64,000 nt of DNA, taken from NCBI RefSeq assembly GCF_000150275.1, contig NW_002060943.1:7122299-7186298 (forward strand), in the 5' to 3' direction. The position numbers and the translations under genes are program-made. Source of the DNA: Trichoplax adhaerens (Eukaryota; Animalia; Placozoa). Under the pieces are notes generated by a model. That model did not search any database. It was not told the DNA's origin and saw only the letters and a program-made list of their open reading frames with translations. Of this stretch, positions 1 to 13,300 are shown in pieces; the stretch's first letter is position 1; each line of letters begins with the position of its first letter.

Positions 1-3000
1 AAAATGTATTCAAGTTGTCAATAACTTGGCGTAAATGTTTCTGAAATGGAAGTGATACAGTGAAATATTTCATTAGTATTAGTTACATCCAATATCATAC
101 CTAGAACACTTTGATCTAATTTATTAGAAGTAATACTGGGCGGATATCTGCTATCGAATGTTTATATATCATTCATTTTAAACCATAATTCAGTATTTAC
201 AACAGTAACTACAAACTGTAGCGAAATTTCCAAATTATCTGATATCGTTAAGTTCCTATTTAATAAGCGTTATCTGCTACAGGTATCGATATATTAGACG
301 CTAAGACATTGTAAGGGAAATACGAATATATTCGTTTTTATACGGTACATATTACGATTTATTCTGCAGATACACATTTTATAATTTGATCTATTGAAAA
401 TATCCAAGAAATCTGCCTTGAGCAAAAGCTACTTATTTGCCATATAGTTAGATCTGTATGAATTTTAAGCTAGACATTTTTAATTTAGTCTATACCACAA
501 GTGAAACCGAGTAGAGTCTTTCTATATGCTCATTTGCTAATATTTTACAAGTTTTAACAGATTCAATATTCTGGACCGGATATGAAGTAAATTTCTAATC
601 AGAAGTTGTATCAAGACTTAATCTCATTCCTTCGGTTTACGTTAACTACATCTTACTATGGCTGTTCGTTTCCAAGATTGAATATTGGACTCCGCTAGGA
701 TATTACTGGTGGTTTGAAAGAAATTCTAGAAAGAATAATTATAGTTGCATATATTAAATATAGAATTTAATATTATAGAATGATTGTATGTTCGATTACT
801 TTGGATTACTGACTTAAAATGAGCTAGATAGAATTTAATGATTGTAATCACTTATAACTGCTATTGAGCAGAGTTTTCAAAGTTCTATAATGATAAAATT
901 TCCGATATTTTTAATAATTGCTACAAAATGAACTAAAATAGGATTTTGACAGCTGAATATTATAATATTACATCTTCAATTAATGGTAGCTGAGCAGATG
1001 GTGTCCCATTCTTAATTCTTTTAATAGCAATATCCATAATAATATTACTCCGTATCAAGTTGCCAGGTTTGACGTTAGTTATACTCCCATTGTTCATTTG
1101 AGCTGTAATAATATTCAGTTGCCCTAATAAATTCATCGTTGTGGAAACGCCTGGCGGAGAGTTAGCTGACTATAAAAAGAAAGTTTTACCATGATAAAGG
1201 CATTAATTCGAAAGATAAATGATCATCTATTGAGATTCAAGAGCAAATATTATTAAATGAAGATAATTACCGCAAATACAGTATATAATACACCTTTCAA
1301 ATATCAAATTTGTACAAGTTAAGCTTAATGATGTAGTAATAATTGATTTAAATCATAGTTTACAATCAAATAAAAAGAATTATACATACATGTATTAACT
1401 TTAACAAATATAAGTAGCACAGAGTTTGAATCAAATTTTCAAATGCCATTTCTTAGTAACTTGGAATATGGTGAATAATAGACAATATATTGAAAAATAA
1501 TTTTAACGTTCTACATCTTTTGCATGGCTTCGTAAGTTAACTTGCCTGAAATTGCAACTTCCAAAATTCTGGAGACGCACAATTATCGATGTTAGCCTCT
1601 TGCCATATTCCGCTACTACTACAATAGCGGGTAGCTATCCCTAATGAAGAACAAAGCTGAAAATTTCGGTATGAATGATTATGAATTAAACTAATTTAAG
1701 CTGCCGATATAAAGGGAGGCATATCTCTATTCAAATTTGTATAGTAGCCGTTCCAATTGTAGAAACAGTCTGTAATAAATATCTCAGTTGCAAAGATTAC
1801 TTCAGGATAGAGTATCTCATCATTTTATCTCGCGGAGACGCATAGTAGATAGAAAAATAATTTCACATTGGTATCTTTTGTTTATAATTCACGACGAAAT
1901 GATGGATAAATACAAATTATAGCTATGAAATGTAGACTAAAAGACTGAAGATATTACAGGCTATTAGTCTAAAGTTTAAATTTATTAATTAACTTTAAGT
2001 TATATACAGTAGCATGTGAAACATTTAGGTTTATGAGAGAATTGATTAATCATATCAGTCTAAACCGTAAAGAACATGTAATTAAGCCACATAAAGGTAA
2101 CCTATGATATATACCGTAGTATATAGGTGTTTTAAAATGTCAAAGCTATATAGAAAAAGGTTGGGTTAAAATCGTAGGGTAAAGAATTAATTTATCAAGA
2201 TTACCTGTCAATCCAACAGCGCAATCTTTAGTATCCGTATATTCTGCTGGAGTAATACTCCATTGGATTCCATCAGATATATCTCCAGGACAAAACGTTA
2301 CGTTAGATTCTAGCCATAGAAAGATTAAGCTTATCAATAAAATGGATAGTCATTCTTTATTTACTAATACTATGTCGACTATGCCCTATAGATTCAGTAC
2401 CAATTTACATCGCAATCTCGCTCTTATAAATGATCTACGTTTTACATTATATTTGCATGAGTATTAATTTGCTATATCTATTTTATTCTAAGATTTAAGG
2501 AATTATAAAAACCAGCTAAAAAACAAGGGAATAATATTACTGCTAACCTCGGATTGTAATAAAGCTATCAGCATTACTGTCACCAGCAGAATTAGTGCCC
2601 GTACATTTAATATTAATTTTGACGACACCATTAACACTGTTAGTCCCTAATTCCAACCGCTCTATATCCTTTATAATCAGATTCGACTCTAATCCTTGCA
2701 AGTCTGTGTTAATGTTAATATTATCGTCTAGAAGATGAAAGGTTAGAACATTCTGCAATTTTAATATTCTAGACCTTGCTTTGTACAGCGCACATATAAA
2801 TTACCAATGTAGAATCAATGATTAGCTTCTAAGTTTGTTTCGTTGTATAATTGAGTAATATAATTCAAAATTTATTTCTTGCGCTAAAGCATTAAAACTA
2901 TATCAATTCTAACGGAATCTAAGTGAAATTTGAACTATTCTAGCTTCATTTGTAGATTATCGGTACGATTAGTGTTTTACATTTTTCTATCACTTACCAT

Positions 3001-6000
3001 CAAGTAGCTCCTGAGAAGTACCAGTAAACCAAGCTATGGAAATTGGTAAAGGTATGTAATTGTTGAAATTGTATATGTCCATAGAATATAACGGTTTACA
3101 TGTCATTGTAACTGATTTTTGACCACGTTCGATATTGATTGGTAATACTTGCAGTGATGGTATTAAAATAGGGATAACTTTCAATTCGACTACGCTGTCA
3201 AAGGATGAAGGCAGATGAGGACTTTTAAAATTTACTTCACATCTCATTACAGCATTCTGATCTATATTAATATTGCTAATATAAAATTCAGCTTGATTAT
3301 GATTATTAGCCATTGAACAATTGCAATTAGTGCACGTATTATTGCATCCTTGAAAATTAATATTTTCATTGCGTAATATCCAATTGAAATTGACACCCGT
3401 CGTTTGCTCAGAAATGATGACTTGATTATAATGGATAAAGCATGTAGCTTTAACGGTGGACTTTTGTAAAATATCACAAGATGTTGTACTACAATTAATG
3501 CCTTCTGTATTCTCATCGAAGCTGATAGAAACGCTTGGCTCTAATAATATCCATATCATTGTCAACCATAAAAATAAAAAATATTATCTGATTAATACGG
3601 TAAAATATTTTCGCAGACTATTGGAATGATATATTGCAGTCTAACATTAAAATACTACGTTTAACTGTCATCATACCGTGGATAGTGATATTTGTATATC
3701 GCAATTGGCATTTGATTCCTTGGCATACTTTACAGAAATAAATTCCAGATTTATCGGCTGTAATATTATTTAGCTCATAAATACTTTGTTGATAATTTAT
3801 TACTTCATTAATGTTATTTTTCTCGATACTCCAGGTATAAACGACTTGATTAGGATTCGCCTGAGCTTGACAGTTGATTCTATAACTGATATTATGACCT
3901 TGATATAGGACTACTTGATTGAGGAAATTGTCATTCATAAATTTTGGACCATCTATTTTAAAAAAAGATGGCAAAGATAATTTAGTATTTAATGAGAAGA
4001 TCATTTATCTGATCAACTCCATATGATTTTATGTTAATGGCTCAACCAATATATTTTTGAACAAATTCCGCATAACAAGGTAAAGCACTATCATATCAAG
4101 TTATTTATAGAAAATAATACAAATTTCAAGGTTATTAATGATAAAAAGTAGTTACCTGAATCAACTGGATAACTACTTTTTCCTATATACCGTAGCATGC
4201 TAGTTATCGATTCTTTACTATGCTTATCACCTGTCAAAGCTACACAATCGACTTACACATTGTTTCCAGAGTAAAATTTTGACTTATTTCACCCATGTGA
4301 TTTTTAGCGATACACGTATATTGCTTATTCCGATTTTCATAGGTTAATAAACCAATCCATACCACCTGATCAGTCTGATTACTAAGAACTCTGCCTTCGT
4401 TGTCATAAATAACAACATTGGGTGATGGATATCCATGTGCACAGCAACTGATATTAAATAATGTATTTTCTTCGCCTTTTAGTCGCGATTTACAATTTGT
4501 ATTAATTCTTGGAGCTACATCTATCGTTTTTCATAAATAACAAACATTAAAACCTAATTTTTATTCTGACGCTATACATCGAATCAAACTGTGTTGCAGT
4601 CATTGCTAGTAATTTTACCGCATTTGATCTTTTCTTTAGTCAAATCCCTTAATTTTAAATGCGAATATTGCGAGGGCACAGCACAAACTGCATTATCAGC
4701 TAAACTAAGTCGATTTGCATCACCATTTGTCCAATTTAGTGAGCATGAACAATTAACAGGATTTCCTTGCAGTAATCTAAAAGTACAATTTATTAGAAGA
4801 TGGCTATGCGTAGAAATTGATACTTGCATAAGTTTTAAAATATAAATGGAATTAAAATCATGATGGTTGATTAGGCTGTATACTGAAAAAAAATTCATCG
4901 ATAATTAAATATAACTAATAAGCTAAGTGAAATAGAAATAATGTAAACGCTACTTACAGTTGCTTTAAAGATGGTAATTTAAATACATTTCTTGGAAAAC
5001 CTTTTAATTTGTTAAAGGATAAATCTCTACGTAATCAAATCATCAAAGAATAATGTCGTCTTACAATTTAGTTGATTTTATACAGATTAATTAAAAAGTT
5101 CGGTGTTATCATAATTAGTATTTAAGATTTATAAGATATCGGCTTACAAATATTCTAAACGCTTAAATTTAGAAAATTGATCTTCCTTTAAATTATCGAT
5201 GGAATTAAATTGAAGATACCTGTAAAACAAAGAATTAAGTCTAAGTAGGTGCCAACTTAATAGAGTATATCATCAACCTATACAAATACTTCAATTTTCA
5301 TCAAGTATCGTAGTGGAAAACTAGCTAATACTTAAATTTATAATTAGATATGAAGATATTAGGAAGATTGGTGGTATATCATGACCACAGGGTGTTATTC
5401 AGCTAATACATTTGGTGCAAAACCATAGTAAAATTGCATTCTAGGAGCACTCAGTGGGGAATAATCGTGATTTCTTTTCAATAAGGAGGTTTCGGTATCT
5501 TAGTGAGCTATTTAAATTATTTTTTGGTGTAGTCGGCTATTAAGACAAGTTAAAGTGAAATATTGTCTAATTAAATTAGTTATCATCAGCTGATATTAAC
5601 TGCTATCAAAATGGAGAAAATTGCAAAAATTAGCTATTTGCTGTCATTTTATTTAATAACTATTTTCATAGGGCAAAAGCTTGATCATCTATCATTACCG
5701 AGTCGTAATATCGATTATGAATTAGGATGAAAAGCACAGAACTTATTTATATTTAAGGAATAATAACTTTAAAATTAATTTATTGTTAAGTGATAGAGTA
5801 CAAAACCCGTTTTTGGTTCTAACATAACAAGACGAAAAGCTATCTTCATGCAATATAATTACATGCAGTGTAAAAGTAATAAAAATTTAACGCATATTTA
5901 CTTCAATTTATGAACGCGTCAATACATAACACCTGTCCATCCATAAAAATTATTACTTACAGTTGTTCAGTCTCTTGACTTAAATAATCAGGCACAGATC

Positions 6001-6157
6001 GAAGTGCTAAATTCTGACAAAATGCTTTAACTCCAATAACTGAACAATTATATTCGTTTGCTAAGGCACTATTTCCAGCTTGAATTATAGATAGGATTAC
6101 AATTACGACGTAAATGCAGATGGAATAAAACATAGAGAGACAGCTTAGACTCTCCAT
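1..6157 (-). CDS. Adhesion GPCR paralogue A (signal peptide-LRRNT-2 LRR exons-LRRCT-3/4 Ig-hormone-binding domain-GAIN...). Multi-exon; 3' part lies beyond the left window edge.
   Basis: ATG 6157 opens a signal peptide + LRRNT exon (MESLSC...CQNLALRSVPDYL). LRR exons ~5148-5219 (YLQFNSIDNLKEDQFSKFKRLEYL) and ~4958-5026 (DLSFNKLKGFPRNVFKLPSLKQL). LRRCT (GNPVNCSCSLNW) ~4619-4778. Ig exons ~4257-4521, 3677-3952, 2998-3541. Hormone-binding exons ~2204-2309 and 1546-1640 (ATRYCSSSGIWQEANIDNC). GAIN-A exons ~972-1169, ~655-726 and 1-41. Exon-for-exon colinear with the complete paralogue at 10356-20743. Confidence 0.85.
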
Positions 6158-8038
6158 ATTCGCTGAAACTAAAGCAGTTAAGGGTAAAGGATTGTCAATT
6201 TATAAAAAAACGGTATACTGTGACTAAGATGATTAAAAATAGCTGACAAGTCAATACAGTTGCATCAATACCGTATGGTTCAAGAAGTGGGCGATGATGA
6301 TTTGTCGACTATTCTATGCATGCAAGCTACAGTTGATTTTGGTGTGGCAAATACACGAAACATATGGACTACGATTGAACTGATTGCACACCTTATTCTA
6401 ACTATCTGTAAAGCATAAAACTAGTGATATCATCATTACTTTGTTTTTATTTTTTAATCTTATTTTATCAAATAATAGAAGAATCAGATTTAAGCTTATT
6501 ATCATTTTAATTGGTAATTGTATTAAAAATATACAACGAGTCATAATCAACCATCTAATATTTAGTTTATTGGTTATCTTTATCTAATTCTCCTTTAAAT
6601 GATAGAATGACCAGTATCATCATTCACTTAATTCTGTTGGTCGATTGATCATCATTTGAGGCAATAATATAGTTCAATACTATGCACATATTACGAATAT
6701 CTGTATTAAGGCTGATATCTAGCTAATTACAGACATCATTCTATCCTTTTTCAAGTGATATAATCAGCGACACGTATATTAGACAGCTTATTACATTATC
6801 TTAATTAAGCCTTATTTGATCAGATTAATGCTCGAATTGGATAGAAAATAATATGCAATAATTATAGTTCAATTAAAAGTGTATAACAAGACAGAGAGCT
6901 TAACCACTTCTAGAGTTTACTATTAATAAATGTAATTCCTCAAAAAATAATGTGAAATGATTCTGAAAATCGTATTCCTATGAATGTACTTTGATATAAA
7001 TTATTATTGTGTGGTCATAATTTATGAAATAGATGGTGTGATAACTGTCGTACAGCACTGTACGCTATCCATAGTATCAGATATATTAATTAAAAATATA
7101 TTGATATTTGATCCGATATCAATCATAAATGCTGAGCACTAGAATTAATATTCGTTATCGCAAATTGATAACCAATAACACGTGTTGACAATCGGTAATG
7201 ATCATATTAAAATATTCTAATATTTAATTTTTCATCTTCACTGCAGTATACATTACCGTCAATGTCATCAAGAGCATGTATCTCATAGGGCATACGATTT
7301 TCCGTGAAGAAACTTTAGCATGCAAAAGCGACAATATCTGAGCTAACCACCGAGCATCCTTTTCTGGAAAGCCATAATGAATCTATAGTTACCGCATAGC
7401 TGTGCAAAGAAGCGATTTCGACCACTCGATCCCATGATCATATCTTGGAATTGAACCAACATAAGATGAACTATGGCTGTCATATTGGTTAATTGGTCAT
7501 GTTTCCACATGCATTCCTAACCATGAACTGTATACCGATCATATTCATTAAATTCATTTGGAGTCATTTTACAAGCCATTATAGCAAAGGCTTTTAGTAT
7601 TCAATTTCTTCAATTGACGTACATATACGAAATAGGATTAGGAAATCATTAATACAGAATATGCTACTTGTACAGTATTCATTCTTAAATCGACTACCTG
7701 TATTTAACCTCAATTACCTGCAGTAGCTATTTCCCGATGCTAGAAATGGCAATTTCTCTAGTAATTAGAGACTTTCGGATGGAAAATAATAATATTGCAG
7801 ACTCTTATCTAAGGGCGGACCTTACGTCATTGCAGAGTTGAGGAACAACGTAAATAGGAACAGTATAATGCTAAAAGCAATATTTACTGTTGTGGCCTGT
7901 AATGTAGAATTTGGGCTGTAAAATATAGTATATTAAAATATAAAAGTATAGTCTTGTCTGGTACAGTATGCTATTTGCAGCCTAAGGGACTGTAGCAGAA
8001 GGGGTGGAAGGGGGAGGAGTCCCTATCTCAAATAGTCT

Positions 8039-8254
8039 AAATTAAACCATCTCCTTCTAAAATAAGACTTAGCCTTTCTTACAGGCTACTAGAAAGAAAA
8101 CATTGGATTTTCTTTTCTATAGTAGTTTATGGCTTCTTCCCATCACTAAATTAACCCATCTCCTATCCAAAATGAAACTTAGCCTGTCTTACAGGCTGCT
8201 AGAAAGAAAACCTTGGATTCTCTTACTATAGTAGCCAATGGCTTCTTCCCATCT
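8039..8254. repeat. Diverged tandem duplication, 2 x ~108 bp
   Basis: 8039-8147 and 8148-8254 share aaattaa(a/c)ccatctcct...acttagcct(t/g)tcttacaggct(a/g)ctagaaagaaaa c(a/c)ttggatt...atggcttcttcccatc. Confidence 0.9.
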
Positions 8255-8689
8255 AATGAAGAAGAAAACTTGCTCTACATTTAGATTTGAGAGAGTTAAG
8301 CCTTGGACCAATAGCCGCTTTGCAAAAGGAAAAGCTACGAAAACTAATGAAACTCATTCTCTAGGTGAGCTGAAATTTAGAATTAAGTCATGGCCAAGCC
8401 ATGATTCGTCAACTTTGTCTAATTTGTGAACTCGACAAATAGCAACTCCCTGGTAAGGACTATTTAGAAGAGTGAGAGACTGTCAACTGTTTATTTAAAA
8501 TTTTTGCCGATCATTTGACTGTAGCGGATGACTAATAGACTATAACCATACACTATACTGTGAACAGTACAGTATACAGTTTTAGACGTATTGTAGAGAT
8601 AAATTGACAAGCAAAAAGGTCGGCCTCTACATTTTAGCTATTGAATAGTGAGTGATTGGTCATGGACCCTCTCCTTCTTTTGGATCAGA

Positions 8690-9430
8690 CATTGAGCAAG
8701 CATGCAGCTAGAAATATAGTATTGTAGTCTCGGTAAAATATTTCCCATTTAACAGACAGCAAACCTGATGAAAATGTCAAGTGGTTATTCAATAGACCTT
8801 AATAATTATTAATTAAATAGACGATAGGACAGAGTGCGAAAGTAGTTCAGGCACTGGAGCATAACCTAGAATACAGCATGGCAATCATCATGGAACAGTC
8901 TCATTTAATAGGTAGTAAATCATCTCCTGATCAAATTTCCAAGCGATCATTCCATTAGGATAAGGATGTTAGATCGTAAATACGGAACACTGAACGTAAC
9001 TAGTTTAGCTACTCAAGCATAATCTAGATACAGTATTGCAACCATGATGGCCTGTTTCCCATTTAAAAGGAAATAAAGCACTTAAAAGATAAAATTGCTA
9101 AGTCGTCATTTAGCTTAAAAATCTCATAGTGCTCTATATTATAAGGTAGTGTAGCTTAGCTACTCAAAAATAGCTTACAAAATATATTATAATAATCACG
9201 GCATAGCGTTGCCTATTTAACGGGCAGCAAAAATGTCCTAACGAAATTATGGTCTAGTGATACCCTGTCAATAAATGCATTAAAAATAGTATGCCATATG
9301 GACGAGGGAAGGTGAGAGTAGCTCAGCTACTCCAGTATAGCTCAGAATATAGTGTTAAGACCATGATATAGCCCTATCTATTTAACAGGTAGCAAAGCAT
9401 CTCATAAGGAAATAGGTAGGTAGTCATTTA
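8690..9430. repeat. Degenerate tandem repeat, ~5 copies of ~150-165 bp
   Basis: A motif like gtagctcagctactc-agcata-ctaga-atacagt...cccatttaa-agg-agcaaa recurs at ~8695, 8841, 9001, 9151 and 9318. Confidence 0.7.
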
Positions 9431-9574
9431 ATTAAAAGGTTAAGGATTTTTCATTTCGGACTCTGAGATTTAGCTCAAATCTCATCGATTCTATAATAAC
9501 TTTCCTAATTAACAAGAATCAATAAATCTTACCACAACATAATAAAATTATGAAATAGTGGTTCAATTAAATAA

Positions 9575-10095
9575 AAATCTAAAGGATATTTTCATTGAAA
9601 AGTCTCTGGAAAGGCAATTATACCTCAGGTTTAATTAGCTTAATAATATAATTAATTTAAGTAATTCCCTATTTCATTTAAAAGTCAATGTTATTTCATG
9701 ATAGATTCTGAGAAGATAGTTGTACCTCAGACTTGAATAATGTATTAAATAAAACAATAAAAGTTATTTCATGATAGATTCTACACCTAAGACTAGATAA
9801 TTTTCCTCTACCTTCATGGGTTTGATTACTTGAATAAATTAATTATTATATTAATGCATCAAAAGTCATTTCACGATAGAATCTAAGAATTAATCACTTT
9901 AATAAAATAATTTACATTTCCTATACCACTAAAACATCAAAACTTGCTTTCGTAATAGATTACAAGGAAATAATTATGGCTAAGACCTGATACAATTTAA
10001 TAGCATAATTTACGTTTTCTCTTCAATGACAATATCAAATGTTATTCGGATTATAAGTTCGAAAAAATCAATCGTATCTCAGGCTTGACTATCTT
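9575..10095. repeat. Degenerate tandem repeat, ~6 copies of ~80-100 bp
   Basis: aaagttatttcatgatagattct...tacctcagacttga-like units recur at ~9580, 9687, 9760, 9861, 9938 and 10037. Confidence 0.6.
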
Positions 10096-10355
10096 AACGA
10101 CATTTTTTGCAATCATCAATAGCTATTGAAGTACTTCGTGTTGATATTATGAAATTTAACACTCAATTAAAACATTCATTGCTGTTTTATTATCGCACAC
10201 TCCTAACTAGTTAAATGATAATTATCAGGCTTCTACTGAGCAATCAGTAAAGAATTTTATAATTTACGTATTATGAAATACTTTTTCAATAAAAACACTG
10301 ACAAATTGCTATCACTAAATCAACATACGGCAGTCCCTGACAAAATAAACGGAAC

Positions 10356-13300
10356 TTATAATTGACTGGCTATGCTGGTAGCTCGAGATCGCCTGTAAAT
10401 TAATTTGCAGTCTTAATAACAACACTATTGCACAAATTTCTTAGCTGTACAATATAACAGTGATCTTAAAAGGACTTACGAATTGGATGATGCTATTCCG
10501 AAACGATTCATAACTACTGTAGAAATCATCCGTCGTATCTGCAATAAAGATTTTTTTGAACAGTTACTATCTAATTGTTTGCTCTAGATGCAGGTAAAAT
10601 TATTTAATCTATATCTATCATCTGGTAACTAAAAATTATACTAAATGTTATATTCATTTAGTCAAAAATATAATTTACCTGACTATCCAAGACAATATGA
10701 AAAAGGAATATGAACAATCCCTATAAGTAATCATATTATAAGACTCGTCTTCATAACATTAGCAGATACTGATATAATCCAATTTTTATCATCAATAGAG
10801 AGTCTTAAATGAGGGCAATCATTTCCTTAAACGTAATCTATCTAACTCTATACCATACTTATCAAATTCAGGTAGATATGCACTCGTATAAATTCTAATA
10901 CATGATACGTAATAAAATTCTATCTTGTACTTAGATAATTTCAATGAACAATGTTATTAATTTAACTGTACAAGTGATCAAGTAAGATAAACGAATATTC
11001 ATAACTGTAATGATAAACTCTAGATTCTATATAGTAATAAAATTTTACTTGTAACTATAAGGAAACATAAACTAGGCTAATGAATCAGGAAACGAAATGT
11101 TTCACTTGATACCATTTATACATTAAAATAGATATTTTCACTTATAAATTAGACGTTACTCTTGCTTTAAAAATAGTTATAAGTCCCTTCGATAGCTTCA
11201 CAGTAGATTAGCTACGGCAAGTATGTGATTTAATTTCCTTAGAAAGAACGCTGTAAATGGCTATTTTACCGGATGCATTGGGTCATTTACACGGATTGCT
11301 AGCATAGAATTTAATGGAGCTAGTCATCGATATTTTCATACTTTATATCTATTTACCTGAACTGCACTACATGCTGTAAACAAGTAGGCAAAGATGATGG
11401 TACTTCCATCAATAGCTAAAGGCCCAAATAGCCATGAAATGCCAAGCAAAGGCAGGAGGACAATAATAGCACGGAGAGTAGATCTAATCCAGAGTCAAAC
11501 GTAAAAAAACTAGCTAGTGGCTCATTACTCAGTTACAGCAACAGCAAAGTAAGGCTCGTATTCATTCTAAAAATTTTGTATTTACTCATATTTCATAAAA
11601 ATACTTCATTAATTATCTGTGCTAGTAATTTTCCATGTGTTTGAATGTAATTTCAGCGATATTTCTTAGTTAATATACGTATACATTAATATTCTTTTGT
11701 ACAAGATTTATAATGATTATTCTATTACTTAGTTCGATTTTTTTCAGCTTTATTTGATTGGATATTAGGCCTGTTTAATAAAGTCTTGATAATTACTCCT
11801 AGTATAAAACAGTTCGTCTAATTCATAATAAAAAATCAAATGATTGTAATTATTAAAGTTATAGCGCAGAATGCTAAACCGTTAAGAGATTTAAATAAGC
11901 AATTACTAATAGTTCATAAACAAGTAGAAAAATTTAATATAGCTTTCATGATAACACAAAAAAAATGAAATAATTGCCACCATTCAAGCAAAGCCTTTTA
12001 AGGCACTTTTGTACGATTTATATGTAATAATTTCAAATAATAATCTTTACTTACCAATATAATTACAACTGTTGGAATAATGAATGCAAGAAGGGCATAG
12101 TTATCCGTTCTTAGCCAACAGCTTGAAGTATTTAGGATAGATAAAATGTAAAATTTTATAAAGGCGTTTAAAGTGGTATTAATGCAAGCTAAACTCTACA
12201 TAACGAGACATTGAAAATACTTGTATCTAGCTGATATAGCTTGATGCTATTGATATTCCTGCTGATATTTGGTCTATACCTTTATAGCTAGTTGTAAGAG
12301 TACTGTCTATCTATTGATTCACTTACTATTCTTCCGTAAGATAGGCTTCTCCAGCTGTTGCTGCCAGAGTAACTCCAACAATGATCATAGGTATAGCTAT
12401 AAAAGAAATTTTTATCAATTCAAAATACTTGTCTGCTACTACATAAAAATTGATACCGGGTTAAGTTACTGTATATACAAGTATTTAACCTAAACATGAA
12501 ATTACAATCCACTTTAAACTAATGTTGAGAGGAAAAACGCGAACCAACAGTAAATAAAGCATAATTCCTTCTAGTAACATGGCCATGAAACTTGTTAGGG
12601 CAAAAAAATGAAGAATAGCACCAATAAAGCTACATAGAACCTGTCACGATTACGATGGGTGAACATTAATTAGGATTTATATCGTCAGTTTAATTCTTGA
12701 CTACTGTTACAATAGTAAAAAAAATAGTAAGAACGAGTATTTAAAGTAATTCAACTGTATCGCACATCGCTATCTCCGAAATTCTGACGGCTAATTCCAA
12801 CTAGTAGAATAATATGGACGAAAAACAGATTGATACTTAGAAGGACTCTAACTAGAGAGCGTTTCTGATTTTTCAAATCCCTATTGATCAAAGAATATTG
12901 CAATATAGATAACTGGTTAATAATTGATATTCTAATCAAATTGAGTTCGCTCTTCATTAAATCTTCCCATACTTTAATTTTCGCCATTCCTTATTATTTT
13001 AGCACTAGGTGATATTAATTGTGAATTAATTTTTCAATTTGACCTGTATAAGATTGCATAAACTAGCAATGTTATGGCCAATCCTATCGTCGATGCGATA
13101 CTACCAATTTCGGAGATTGAATCTAGTATGAATTGCTGTCTTTCTGTAAGCTAAGATTATTAAAAACATGGAATCAATATTTTCTATAAGATTTGTTAGA
13201 ATACGACGTAATATTGGCTTAAGTTGCGTTGCAAATGGATAACTATACTAAATGTACATTCTTCAGTATACTGTATAGCTTGCAAATACGAGCTCAGCCT

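Noticed and set aside
7420-7500. tRNA-like element (GGTTCAATTCC T-arm/B-box on the minus strand)
   Set aside because: No upstream A-box or D-arm, and no proper anticodon stem or cloverleaf spacing.
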